DNA of 64,000 nt, taken from assembly GCA_964016885.1 (NCBI GenBank), contig OZ024742.1, positions 117,242,001 to 117,306,000 of the forward strand. The letters are read 5' to 3'. Position numbers and translations under genes: made by a program. The first letter of the stretch is position 1, and each line of letters opens with the position of its first letter. Shown piece after piece: positions 1 to 11,328 of this stretch. The notes under the pieces were generated by a model, which saw only the letters and a program-made list of their open reading frames with translations, made no database searches and was not told the origin of the DNA. The stretch is from Eledone cirrhosa. Lineage: Eukaryota.

Positions 1-620
1 GTTTACTCGAGAGAAGACTACGTTGGTATGGTCACGTGATGCGCATGAAAGACGACAGCTGTATAAAAAAGTGCAGGCAATAAAAATAGACGGTAGCCAT
101 GGAGTAGGCAGACCCAGAAAAACCTGGGACGACTTGATAAATTCCGACCTCACACACTTACACCTCTCCAAGACAATGTCACTGGACTGAGATCTTTGAC
201 GCTACACAGTAATACAGAAGACCCGCCTTGCCTAAGTACAAAGCGAAACCTACTACAGTCAGTAGGCACCTCTAACAAAATACACCCCTGTCCCACTACC
301 CCCCCCCATCCCCCCCCCTTCAATGTGAAGTTATGTTGGTACCACAACATCCAGTCCGAAACAAATGAGGTCGAGTAGGTGTCAAGACAAAATAACACAC
401 AGTCCACGCTGTAATGTGGCCATGTAGGTAACACAGTAAAAACCTCCCAGTCCACACTGTAAACGTGGTTGGTGTTAGGAAGGGCATCCAGCTGTAGAAA
501 ACCCACCAGACAGTCCTATACGAGCAAGACAACCAATCTTGACTCAAGTGGGAAAACTCCCATCCAAACCCATGCAAGCGTGGAAGATGGACGTTAAACG
601 ATGATGATGATGATGATGAT
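1..620 (+). mobile_element. RTE-clade LINE, 3' end fragment (ORF C-terminus, 3' UTR, (GAT)n tail)
   Basis: Encodes LLERRLRWYGHVMRMKDD...GRPRKTWDDL; near-identical to 2197-2828 and to the reverse complement of 54519-55117; ends GGACGTTAAAC(GAT)n. Confidence 0.93.
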
Positions 621-760
621 CACATACATGACAAGCCAGTTTCTGTCTATCAAATTGGTTAATTTGAGGCTATAAAACATAACTGCCCATGGTGCCACAC
701 AGTGGGAATAAACCCCAAATTGCATGGTTGTGACATGAACTCCTTAAACACACAGACATG
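621..760 (-). mobile_element. Degenerate tRNA-derived SINE (abundant old family)
   Basis: Reverse complement resembles the decayed SINE copies at 38922-39060, 51095-51270 and 61545-61700. Confidence 0.55.
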
Positions 761-1194
761 AACAGTTTGTGGTAGATGTACGAGACATTAAAACTTTACA
801 CTAAAACCATTTCTTTCATAAACTGAAATTGTTCTGTGTACTTATCTAATTAAACCTAAAAGTCATATAATCTAACTTGACAATTATATATATTGAAGTA
901 GTTCTATGCCCATGCTTATCAAATTAAACCTACAGAAATGTAGTCAAACTTTAAAATTCTTCATTTGTAACTCATTAAACTTACATGTTAAACATATACT
1001 TGATGCCAGACAAATGTGATTAGGTTTGTATTAGAGGAAGGTAAAAAGTTACCACTACAAGCTCTGAAATGATGTTTTTTTTCTGAAAAGTGATTTTGGA
1101 GTTAGAGCTATTTAATTTATTAACAACTATATATATCATACCACAACATAATACATCTGCTATAGTGCACACACACAAACACAAGTACACCTAC

Positions 1195-1385
1195 ATTGCT
1201 TTTTAAATTTAGATCTTTCAGTTATTTCTCTTTGTTATACTACATTTTCGTAAACAAGTGTTTAAGGTGCTATATCTTTAACAATATCTTCAAACTCGTC
1301 AAAATGCCAGAAGACAATGCCACAAATTTGATCCCTCTTACAATTTGAAGATATGGGCCTTAAAAGCTTAGGTACCGCTTTTGTT
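1195..1385 (-). pseudogene. Candidate exon E of a minus-strand host gene or pseudogene
   Basis: Acceptor tttatattcatacacag, donor gtaggt; reads TKAVPKLLRPISSNCKRDQICGIVFWHFDEFEDIVKDIAP* with a second TAA later; phase-compatible with exon D. Confidence 0.45.
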
Positions 1386-1409
1386 CTGTGTATGAATATA
1401 AATAAATAA

Positions 1410-1655
1410 TAAAGTGGCAGTGTAGATGTCACTACAAAAAGTACCCAGTCCACACAGTAAAGTGGTCATGTAGCTGTCATGATAAAAAGTGCCCAGCTCA
1501 CACTGTAAATGTGGTCAGCATTAGAAATCAAGCCAAAATCAGCTTTGTATGAGCAAAACACAGTCATCTGACCTGGCTTGACTCACAATGGGACAGCTCA
1601 TCTAACCCATGCTAGCGTGGAAAGTGGACATTAAACGCTGATGATGATAAGGATG
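1410..1655 (+). mobile_element. RTE-type 3' UTR module (non-coding fragment)
   Basis: 48-nt subunits, ...CCATGCTAGCGTGGAAAGTGGACATTAAAC and GAT-type tail. Confidence 0.75.
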
Positions 1656-1669
1656 ACATATATATATGT

Positions 1670-1790
1670 GAAGGGATGTGGCTGAGTGGTTAGAGAATTG
1701 GATTTACAATCTTGAGGGTCTGAGTTCGATTCCTGGACTGGGCGATGTGTTGTGTCCTTCAGCAAGACACTTTATTTCACGTTGCTCCTT
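1670..1790 (+). mobile_element. tRNA-derived SINE 5' part
   Basis: A box TGGCTGAGTGG, B box GAGTTCGATTCC, followed by TGTGTCCTTCAGCAAGACACTT body shared with 3828-4170. Confidence 0.75.
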
Positions 1791-1892
1791 CTACCTGGAG
1801 TTGTGACCGATAGATAGTACTAGCAACTGGAAAGACCGACGAAAACATTGTTTCCTTGGTCCAATTTGATGAAAATCGATCGATATATATAT

Positions 1893-2828
1893 GGAGGGTG
1901 CTCTGAAAGTACAGTAGCTAGAGTCAGAACTGGATGGAAAAAGTTCAGAGAGCTTATACCACTATTAGCTGCTAAAGGGTTCTCTCTAAAAATGAAAGGC
2001 AGGCTGCATGATGCCTGCATACGAACAGCAATGTTACATGGCAGTGAGACTTGGGCATTGTGTGCAGAGGATATACACAGACTGGAGAGGAATGAAGCTT
2101 GCATGCTCCGCTGGATGTGTAATAGTAATATACGTGAACGGCAAAGCATAAACGAACTAAGGGAAAAATTAGAAATAAGAGGGATCAGATGTTGTCTACT
2201 CGAGAGAAGACTACGTTGGTATGGTCACGTGATGCGCATGAAAGATGACAGCTGTATAAAAAAAGTGCAGGGCAATAAAAATGGATGGTAGCCATGGAGT
2301 AGGCAGACCCAGAAAAACCTGGGACGACTTGATAAATTCCGACCTCACACACTTACACCTCTCCAAGACAATGTCACAGGACCGAGATCTTTGGCGCTAC
2401 ACAGTAATACAGAAGACCCGCCTTACCTAAGTACAAAGTGAAACCTACTACAGTCAGTAGGCACCTCTAACAAAAATACACCCCCGTCCCACTACCCCCA
2501 CCCCATCCACACCACCCCTTTCAATGTAAAGTAATGTTGGTACCACAACATCCAATCCGAAACAAATGAGGTTGTGTAGGTGTCGCAACAAAAAAACACA
2601 CAGTCCACACTGTAATGTGGCCGTGTAGGTAACACGGTAAAAACCTCCCAGTTCCACACTGTAAACGTGGTTGCTGTTAGGAAGGGCAGCCAGCAGTAGA
2701 AAACCCGCCAGACAGTCCTATACGAGCAAGACAACGACTCTTGCCTCAAGTGGGAAAATTCCCGTCCAAACCCATGCAAGCGTGGAAGATGGATGTTAAA
2801 CAATGATGATGATGATGATGATGATGAT
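1893..2828 (+). mobile_element. 5'-truncated RTE LINE
   Basis: ORF 1848-2291 (GGCSESTVARVRTGWKKFREL...LRWYGHVMRM) matches the C-terminal RT region of the 54494-58692 element; 3' UTR and (GAT)n tail. Confidence 0.93.
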
Positions 2829-3534
2829 ATATATATATATATGTATGTATATCATGTTCCCTACAATTATTTCCATTCACCTATTTACATCTCAATGAGT
2901 CCTCTGCAAAACTGTTTACCTTTCACCAACAAGACCTTCATATAAGTACACCACACACATCATCATCATCATCCTCGTCCTCCCTCTTCTTTTCCTTCTC
3001 CTTTTTCTTCTTCTTATCCCCTACTACATATATAAAATCCGCCTACATAGCATACATTATACCATACCCATAAGAGTGACCTAAGAATATAACCAGTAAT
3101 GAACACCATAGAATTTACAATCTGACAAAGCTAATTTCAGGTAAAACTAAAGACATGAAAACATTGTGAAAAATAAGATATAGTGTTTTTATACTACCAC
3201 CTACTTATTCACATACACTCGAAACTACACATGCATATACATTTTTCTTTTTTTCTCCCATCTTTTTGCTAAGAATGAATTGTCTAGAAGTTATGGAAGA
3301 ACCCTGGTAGAGTGACTATGGCATAGACATTTTTCCGATTTGAATCAACACCAGCATGTATTCTCTTGAAATGGTCAGTCCTGGCTATTGCTGATACTCA
3401 TTTTCAGCTGAGAATACTGGAGCAAAATGAAATAAAGTGTTTTCCTCAAGAACACAACATACAACCCAGCCCAGGATTTGAACCCATGCACCTCCACTTA
3501 TATATATATATGTACATATATATACCCCACACCC

Positions 3535-3765
3535 TCCCACTGTAAAGTGGACGTGTCGGCACCATGGAAAAAAACCACCCAGCACTCACTGTAAATGAGG
3601 TTGGTGTTAGGAAGGGCATCCAGCTGTAGAAATCAAGCCAGAATCAGTTCCCGTATGAGCAAGGCATGGTCAGCCGACCGGACACTGCCCACAACAGGAC
3701 AACCCGTCTAACCCATGCTAGCGTGTGGAAGAACGGACATAAAACGGTGATGATGATGATGATGA
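3535..3765 (+). mobile_element. RTE-type 3' UTR module
   Basis: GGTTGGTGTTAGGAAGGGCATCCAGCTGTAG motif and (GAT)n tail; nearly the reverse complement of 38218-38450. Confidence 0.8.
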
Positions 3766-3827
3766 TACCCCCATGCTAGCATAGAAGATGGACGTTAAAT
3801 GATGATTATTATATATATATATATGTA

Positions 3828-4170
3828 GAGGCACATGGCTTAGTGGTTAGAGCATTGGCCTTGCAATCGAAAGTTGTGAGTTCAATTCTCAGAGCGGGTG
3901 ATGTGTTGTTTCCTTGAGCAAGACACTTTATTTCACATTGCTCCAGTTTACTCAGCTGTAGAAATGAGATGATAGGGACTGGGGTCCAAATCATTCCACT
4001 GCAAAGTGGTCGTGTAGGTGCCACGGCAAAAAAGCACCCAGCACTCACTGTAAATGAGGTTGGTGTTAGGAAGGGCATCCAGCTGTAGAAATCAAGCCAG
4101 AATCAGTTCCCGTCCCACCCTTGCAAGCAGGGAAAAAGCGGACGTAAAATGAAATGATGATGATGATGAT
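3828..4170 (+). mobile_element. Young tRNA-derived SINE with RTE-derived 3' tail
   Basis: A box TGGCTTAGTGG, B box GAGTTCAATTC, RTE 3' UTR motif and (GAT)n tail; near-identical copies at 19580-19905 and 29300-29645. Confidence 0.88.
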
Positions 4171-4575
4171 ATATATCATATATTTATACACAAGTATAGA
4201 CATCCATATGAGGGAGTTCAACCAATAACAATTTTGCTCAACAAAGGAATTAATTTAAAAAAATATATATATAAGTATCTCCTTATAATATATAACCAGC
4301 AATTTCTCTGTCTGTCTGTTCGACAGTGGAAACACGTGCGCGCGTGGTTGCTATCTTTCTCTCTCTCCAGCTATCCCTCTCTTTTAGTCTGTCTGTTTCT
4401 CTCACTCTCACTCTTTCTCTTTGTAACACACTAACATTCCTCCCCTCTATCGCTGTGACGAATGGGGAGATGGAGGAGGAGGAGGAAGAGGAGGAGGAGG
4501 AGAGAGTCACTTTGTCACTTCACCTCTGCCTTTCTTTCTCTCCCCTCTCACTCCCTCATTATGTACAGACATTAG

Positions 4576-4768
4576 GGCGGTGGATTGGCAGAATCTGTAG
4601 AGAGTCGGACACCATGCTTCATAGCATGGAGTTACGTCCCTTTACGGTCTGAGTTCAAATACCGCCGAGGTTAACTTTGCCTTTCATCCTCACGGGGTCG
4701 ATAAAATAAAGTAGCAGTAATGTACTGGGTAATTGCTGGCCTTGTGCCAAAAGTAGAAACAATTATTA
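4576..4768 (+). mobile_element. tRNA-derived SINE with MetaSINE-like central domain and (TTA) tail
   Basis: B box GAGTTCAAAT; central GCCGAGGTTAACTTTGCCTTTCATCC...GGGGTCGATAAAAT; multiple copies in window. Confidence 0.82.
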
Positions 4769-4884
4769 GAAACATTGCTTCATTTTTACATATCTAAGCA
4801 TTAGTAAAATAACTAATAATTTCAAAAGTAATTTTTCAATTCAAATTGTTATGAACAGCCAAACATTAATAATAATTTTGTTCT

Positions 4885-5136
4885 AAGAAATATATATACA
4901 TTTCTGTGTGTGTAATATATATATATATACACACACAGAAATATATATATATACACACAGAAATATATATACATTTCTGTTTGTGTAATATATATATACA
5001 CACAGAAATATATATACATTTCTGTGTGTGTAATATATATATATATACACACAGAAATATATATACATTTCTGTGTGTGTAATATATATATATATATATG
5101 CACACACAGAAATATATATACATTTCTGTGTGTGTA

Positions 5137-5171
<35 letters not shown>

Positions 5172-5175
5172 TATA
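4885..5175. repeat. Minisatellite of self-complementary units (ACACACAGAAAT...ATTTCTGTGTGT) interleaved with (TA)n
   Basis: About five to six units, each an inverted repeat. Confidence 0.85.
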
Positions 5176-5714
5176 TGGGCATTTCTCTGTTTGTCTGTCT
5201 GTCTGTCCTTCCCTAAAACTCAAATGTAGGTGCTACAGAAATATTACCTTCCCCTTCCTTTCTCCACTTTGGTACTATAAAGAGAAACACTCTCGCTATA
5301 GAAACATTACCTTCCTCTCTCCACTGACTTTGGTAACTGAGGACGAGGGAATCGCTGGTTGCTATAGAGACACCTTGCACAAGCCAGAAGTAACCAGTTC
5401 GAGGCGGTTCTGACTTGACACCATGCCAAGGACCATTTGAAAATATATTTCCATCGTTATATCATAACGTTTATGTATCATAACGTTTATATTTCCGTCA
5501 CTAACCTATTTTTCTCCTTTTTCGTTTTAACATATATTTATTTCAAAGATTTCACCGTATGGATAACATATATATATTTATACATGCATAAAAGACACAC
5601 CGAGAGACGGTGAACATGTGGTGCCGAAAACATTTCTCATCCAAATCTCAACAATATCAGTATATACACTAGATTTGCTAGCAGAAAACCGCCCACCGGG
5701 TGGTTTTCTGCTAG

Positions 5715-6672
5715 TCTATATATATAAAACAGAGGATGTCTGTCTGTGTGTCTGTTTCCCTAAAACTCGAGAAGTACACAACCGTGTTTTTTCAAACTTT
5801 ACACATGTAACCCGTATGGCCCCGGAAGTGTTTTGAGCAAAGAAAATTTCAAATTATTCTGACCTAGGGATCGAATTAGTGAAGTGGCCAATGTCTGTAC
5901 ATAATGAGGGAGTGAGAGGGGAGAGAAAGAAACAGAGAGGCGAAGTGAAGAAGTGGATCGTTACTACTACTCTTCCTTCTCCCCATTCGTCACAGCGTTT
6001 TTCGATAGAGGGGAGAAATGTGAACGAGTTACAGAGAGAAAGAGTGAGAGTGAAAGAAACAGACAGACTAAAAGAGGGGGATAGCGGGAGAGAGAGAGTG
6101 ACAGACGCCGTCTTTTGAGAGTTGTATGCGTCAAAGATACATCACAGTGGAATAACTATTGCGTGTGTGTGTACGTGCGCGCGTGTGGGTGTGAGTTTGT
6201 GTGCGTTTGCATGCGTGAGTGTGTATGTGTGCGTGAGTGATTATAAACTCTCTCACATGGTCTGATGGAATTAACCCTTTAGCATTTACATTACTCTATA
6301 TATACTATATTATTTTCATGGTAAAGGCTTTATCTCACATAATATAAAAATCTCATAGATTTAATATTATTTATTTTGAGAACAATACCTTAACCCTTTA
6401 GTATTAGAACCACCCAACCGATTGTTTTCAAACTTTACACATGTAATACTTATGGTCATATGAGTGTTTTGAGCAAAGAATATTTCAAATTTTCAATGGT
6501 TTAGGGACCGCATTAAGCGATTTAGCGATCTCTCTCAATAATTCTTAGTCTTTCTTTTTAGATAGATACATAGATATAACGTTGCGCCCTTATAATATCT
6601 GTCTGTATGTCTGGCTGTCTGCATTACGACATTATGACGCTATATGTGTGTGTATATATGTATATATATATA

Positions 6673-6754
<82 letters not shown>

Positions 6755-6898
6755 TGTAACGTTTTTCGAAATATTTACTTCTGCGTTCACGGATTGATTT
6801 TTTAGTTTCAGAAGATCCCGTTAAGGGTAAAAGCAGCGATTATTTGCTTAAACTTTAATCTGTTATGTATCCCGAGCAACGCCGGGCCATTCTGCTAG
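5715..6898 (+). mobile_element. Non-autonomous Helitron
   Basis: 5' TCTATATATATAAAA...GTCTGTCTGT; 3' GC hairpin CCCGAGCAACGCCGGG (6871-6886) then CTAG|T; no TSD. Confidence 0.82.
6271..6400. mobile_element. Truncated piggyBac-like MITE nested in the Helitron
   Basis: TTAA CCCTTTAGCATTT terminus; internal sequence shared (inverted) with 31490-31707. Confidence 0.6.
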
Positions 6899-7076
6899 TA
6901 TATATATATAAGGTGCTTAAGCTCAATTCATTATTCAGAACAAAACGAGCAGGAATCAAAGTTCAGGATTTAATCGAAAGAGGTATGATGCTAGTAGATG
7001 AAAACGATGAAAGTCATAGGACATAAATAATGAATTTAGAAGGAATACCAAAGTAGTTATTCATTTATAATCGTTT

Positions 7077-7190
7077 ATTTCTACAATTGTTTCTATAAGG
7101 ACTGATGTAGTACCAGTCAAATGAATTAATTAATCAACCAATCAATTATTTATATGATACAAAAATATCTCTCCTCATATCATCATAAAT
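7077..7190 (-). ncRNA. Degenerate type I hammerhead motif with long stem II insertion (PLE-type)
   Basis: Minus strand: aTGATGA TATGAGG..~70 nt..CCTTATA GAAA CAATTG TA GAAAT; palindromic stem III; C3 mutated. Confidence 0.5.
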
Positions 7191-7424
7191 ATAGATCAAT
7201 TAATTGAGTTACTTAGTCCCTTTAAGATAATACATAGGCAAGCATTCAAAGATAGAAAGAAAGCGTGAAAAATAAAGGAATGTGGGTTAAAGAATAGGAT
7301 AGATATTTTAAGCATTTTATGGGAAAGTACAGTGTAAGATGTAAAATATTGTTAGTGAGAGATCTTTTGTTTTCCTCGTGTTTTCTTTTGCTCTTTCTAC
7401 TACCTCTGCTGACAACAAAAAGTT

Positions 7425-7882
7425 TCTCCCTCTGAATGAAAAGCCTGCTGCGTGTGAAGTGCTAGGCTGCATTCTTCTGAAACATGGGCAGTGACTGTAA
7501 GGGATATGTGCAGGCTGGAGAGATATGAAGTAGCCATCCTTTGATGGATATGTCATAAGAGAACGTCAGAACTTGGATGAACTGAGAGAAAACGTGGGTA
7601 TAAGAGGAATGAGTAGTAGTGTACAAGAAAGATGACTGTGTTGATAGGGACATGTGATGCATATGAATGGTGATGCTGGGTGGAGAAATTTCAGTGAAAG
7701 GAGTCCACAATAAAGGAAGGTCAAGGAGGAAAACCAGGGCAGAGGTTATGAGTGCTGATCTCAAATCACTGAAACTCACAGTGGATATGATGAAAGGTCA
7801 TGATGAGTGGAGACATTCTGTGCTGGAAAGGACCCGTCCAACCCATGCAAGCATGCAAAAGCAGATGTAAAAATGATGATGA
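7425..7882 (+). mobile_element. Old RTE LINE 3' fragment
   Basis: Decayed GRSRRKTRAEVMSADLKSLKLT; ends CCATGCAAGCATG...GATGATGA. Confidence 0.8.
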
Positions 7883-8096
7883 GGATATATATGCACATAC
7901 ATAATTGTACAAAGCTGAAATCAAAATATAATGCAGATGTAATGCAAAAGCAATAGGGTTCAATTTTTTTATGAAGACTGAAAGAAAAATTAAAATAGAG
8001 ATGAAACTAAAGATAAAGCTTATCAAAAAATACATTAGTTACTCAAATGTTTGTGTAACACTTACATATTTACATACAAACATACATATCCATAAT

Positions 8097-8690
8097 ATGA
8101 AAGAGTATTGGTGGAATGTTCCAGTAAAAACCCCAATAAAATGCAGGCATAACAGACCAGATATGATATGGGACAGGGAAAAGAAAGCATGCACAGTAGT
8201 GGAAGTTAGTTGCCCAGCAGATGCCAATATAATATCAAAGATTAGCAAAAAGGAGAATATTTATGTAGAACTGATGAGAAATCTGCAGATACTCCACCCT
8301 GATTACACCTTCAGATTTATGCCTGTAATTATTGGGGCACTGGGGTATGTTAATAACTGCCTCAATACAAATCTTGAGAAGCTAGGCTTCACAGGAACAG
8401 AAAGAACACAACTAGTTACGAAATTACAAGTACAATCCATTAATGGAACAGTAAAAATATGTAAAACATTCCAAAAATGTTGCATCTAATAACTGCATAT
8501 ACACATGTACAGATACAAAGCATATACACATGCACACATACAACTCAAAACATCCACATCCACACATACAATAACATCCATATCTACGCATGCATACATG
8601 CAGGCATGCATACATAATCTACCTAGTTGATGTTGTGTAAATTCCAATGAGAGAGTCTTGTATCTATGTTAGAAACCGGTAAATTTGTGA
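8097..8690 (+). mobile_element. R4/Dong-type non-LTR retrotransposon 3' fragment (restriction-like endonuclease domain and 3' UTR)
   Basis: YWWNVPVKT..HNRPDMIWDREKKACTVVEVSCP..K..KENIY..L....PVIIGALG: PD-(D/E)xK REL motif. Confidence 0.85.
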
Positions 8691-9924
8691 AATTATAAAA
8701 CCAGAACATACATACGTATGTACTTATGTCCCCAAAAATAAATGTAGTGAAATGCGATGTGGTTATGTTGAAGTGTAGCAAAGCTGATGGTGGTGAAGCT
8801 GAATGTTACGTTGTGTATGGAGGTGGATATATTGGTTTGTGTTTGATGTTGTTCATTTGAGTGTGGCAGAGTTTGTAATAGTTTGTATTGTTGGCTTGCT
8901 GGGTGATAATGAAGCAGGTAAAAATTGTGGAGAAGATACTGAGGAATGAACAAGTAAAACATGGTTGCTTCATAAAGAATTTACTTACTTCGAAGCTATT
9001 GTCGATAAGACAATAAAACAACAAATAGCTGAATGAATCGTGTGTTATGTTGGTTTGTGTGAATGTAATAGTAATCTGACCAGATGCATGAACTAACCTT
9101 TATAGAAGTAGTCTAACCCTGTCGACTGGGTTGGAGCATTTGGCTAAACGCTACATCTCTCTACTCTTGAGCAACTCAAAATATGTCCTTATCTTCCGAG
9201 AAACCAGAGTGGAATGACTTAAAGAAAAGCCTATCTCATTTAACCACAAGTTGTACAGTCTCTTCAGATCACTGGAGCCAATCAGAGATAAAATGAAACA
9301 GTTTTGCCGTGTCATTTGGAGGTCAAGTTTTGGTGGACGTGTAATAAATTGAATGAAACCCTATTGCAGAGAGTAACAAATTACTGCTACATATATATAT
9401 AATCTATGATGATGATAAAATATATATATGAGCACATATAAACATGTACATACAGACATGCATGCATGCATGAAAATAAATATGCTCTAAACAAATATAT
9501 ATACTGAACATATGTTATTCACACACACACAAACACATATAACATGGATACACAAGCAAATTAACAGAAAAGATTGACTTAGTATGTGGCAGATGTACAG
9601 GAAAAAAAATTACTAAAAGCACATGTGAAATAAATTTCCCCAGTTGCCAGGCTTACTCTCTAGAAATTATTGACAGATTTTGTTACCTAGGTGCCCTAAT
9701 CAGCAGCCAGGAGGATGTGCTGACAGCCAAAGTAAATATAGGGTTTCTCTCTCAGTGTGAAAGGTAGATATCCACGCGCCTTATTTGTGCCATATATACA
9801 GTTCATATAACAATTATTCCCAGTTGCATGATCAGCAGCAAGAATGTATAATAATTTCTACTTTCGTGATGAGCATTTTTTCTTCATATTTGTAAATCCA
9901 AATATCATATATGTGTGTATATAT

Positions 9925-10275
9925 AATCATAATCATCATTGTTTAACACCTATTTTTCCATACTAGCAAGGGTTAGACAAGTTGTCCTGTTGTGAGCAAT
10001 GCCAGATCAAATGACCATGTCTTGCTCATACAGAAATAATTTTGGCCTGTCCTTCCTAATGCCAAACGTCAACCTCATTTACAGTGAGTACTGGGTGCAT
10101 TTTGTCATGACACCTGCATGCCCACTTTACAGTGTGGACTGGGTGCTTTTTGTCATGACACCTACACTACTACTTTACAGAGTAGGCTGGGTTCTTTTTG
10201 TTGTGATATCTACACAATAATTTTACAGTGTGGGCTGGGTGCTTTTTCTAGTGTTGCTATCACAACCACTTTACA
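9925..10275 (-). mobile_element. RTE-type 3' UTR module with four tandem 48-nt units
   Basis: Repeated GGGTGCTTTTTGTCATGACACCTACAC..CACTTTACAG units; (CAT)-type tail at left. Confidence 0.8.
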
Positions 10276-10433
10276 ATATATATATATATATATATATTAG
10301 AATTGGAGCTCTGAAATAGCAATATATATATGGATGTATATATAATGTATTTTGCAATACACTTTATGCTTAATTAAAAGCATTTTGAAGACCGTAAGCT
10401 ATTGTTTTAAAGTAGTGACAAATTCACTCACTT

Positions 10434-10528
10434 TGATCTCAGCAAACAGGGGAGATAAGCCGACAAGACTTGTTTCGCTTTGGTTGAAGCTTATCAAGGC
10501 CAACTACCCCACCTGCTTACTGAGATCA
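10434..10528 (-). ncRNA. Type I hammerhead ribozyme, U3-A8 core variant, copy 1
   Basis: GGCC UUGAUAA GCUU-CAACCA-AAGC GAAA CAAGUCUUG UC GGCU; extended ~27-bp stem I with GUU bulge; predicted cleavage between 10462 and 10461. Confidence 0.85.
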
Positions 10529-10749
10529 TTGATGTTATATTCTTATAGAAATCTAGTAAATAATCAGGAGCTGATTATGCAGAGCGGTTGTTGGTCAGGC
10601 AGAAATTAAAAATTAGAATTGGAGCTCTGAAATAGCAATATATATATGGATGTATATATAATGTATTTTGCAATACACTTTATGCTTAATTAAAAGCATT
10701 TTGAAGACCGTAAGCTATTGTTTTAAAGTAGTGACAAATTCACTCACTT

Positions 10750-10844
10750 TGATCTCAGCAAACAGGGGAGATAAGCCGACAAGACTTGTTTCGCTTTGGT
10801 TGAAGCTTATCAAGGCCAACTACCCCACCTGCTTACTGAGATCA
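10750..10844 (-). ncRNA. Type I hammerhead ribozyme, U3-A8 variant, copy 2
   Basis: Identical to copy 1, offset by 316. Confidence 0.85.
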
Positions 10845-11067
10845 TTGATGTTATATTCTTATAGAAATCTAGTAAATAATCAGGAGCTGATTATGCAGAG
10901 CGGTTGTTGGTCAGGCAGAAATTAAAATTTAGAATTGGAGCTCTGAAATAGCAATATATATATATGGATGTATATATAATGTATTTTGCAATACACTTTA
11001 TGCTTAATTAAAAGCATTTTGAAGACCGTAAGCTATTGTTTTAAAGTAGTGACAAATTCACTCACTT

Positions 11068-11162
11068 TGATCTCAGCAAACAGGGGAGATAAGCCGACAA
11101 GACTTGTTTCGCTTTGGTTGAAGCTTATCAAGGCCAGCTACCCCACCTGCTTACTGAGATCA
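11068..11162 (-). ncRNA. Type I hammerhead ribozyme, U3-A8 variant, copy 3
   Basis: Same as copy 1 except the stem I bulge reads GCU. Confidence 0.83.
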
Positions 11163-11328
11163 TTGATAAGCTTCAACCAAAGCGAAACAAGTCTTGTCGG
11201 CTTATCTCCCCTGTTTGCTGAGATCAAAGTGAGTGAATTTGTCACTACTTTAAAACAATAGCTTACGGTCTTCAAAATGCTTTTAATTAAGCATAAAGTG
11301 TATTGCAAAATACATTATATATACATCC

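Larger units (their letters stand above)
4278..5714 (+). mobile_element. Non-autonomous Helitron-like element (composite)
   Basis: A|TC 5' end with (GTCT)n nearby; ends in a hairpin terminating CTAG at 5714; shares internal sequence with 5715-6898. Confidence 0.55.

Noticed and set aside
1670-1745. tRNA gene
   Set aside because: A and B boxes present but no clean acceptor stem, and it runs into SINE body sequence
10352-11261. Three repeated 85-91 aa ORFs in the 316-bp units
   Set aside because: TTG starts, no recognisable domain, and no evidence that the frame is conserved in the diverged copies; conservation tracks RNA structure on the opposite strand
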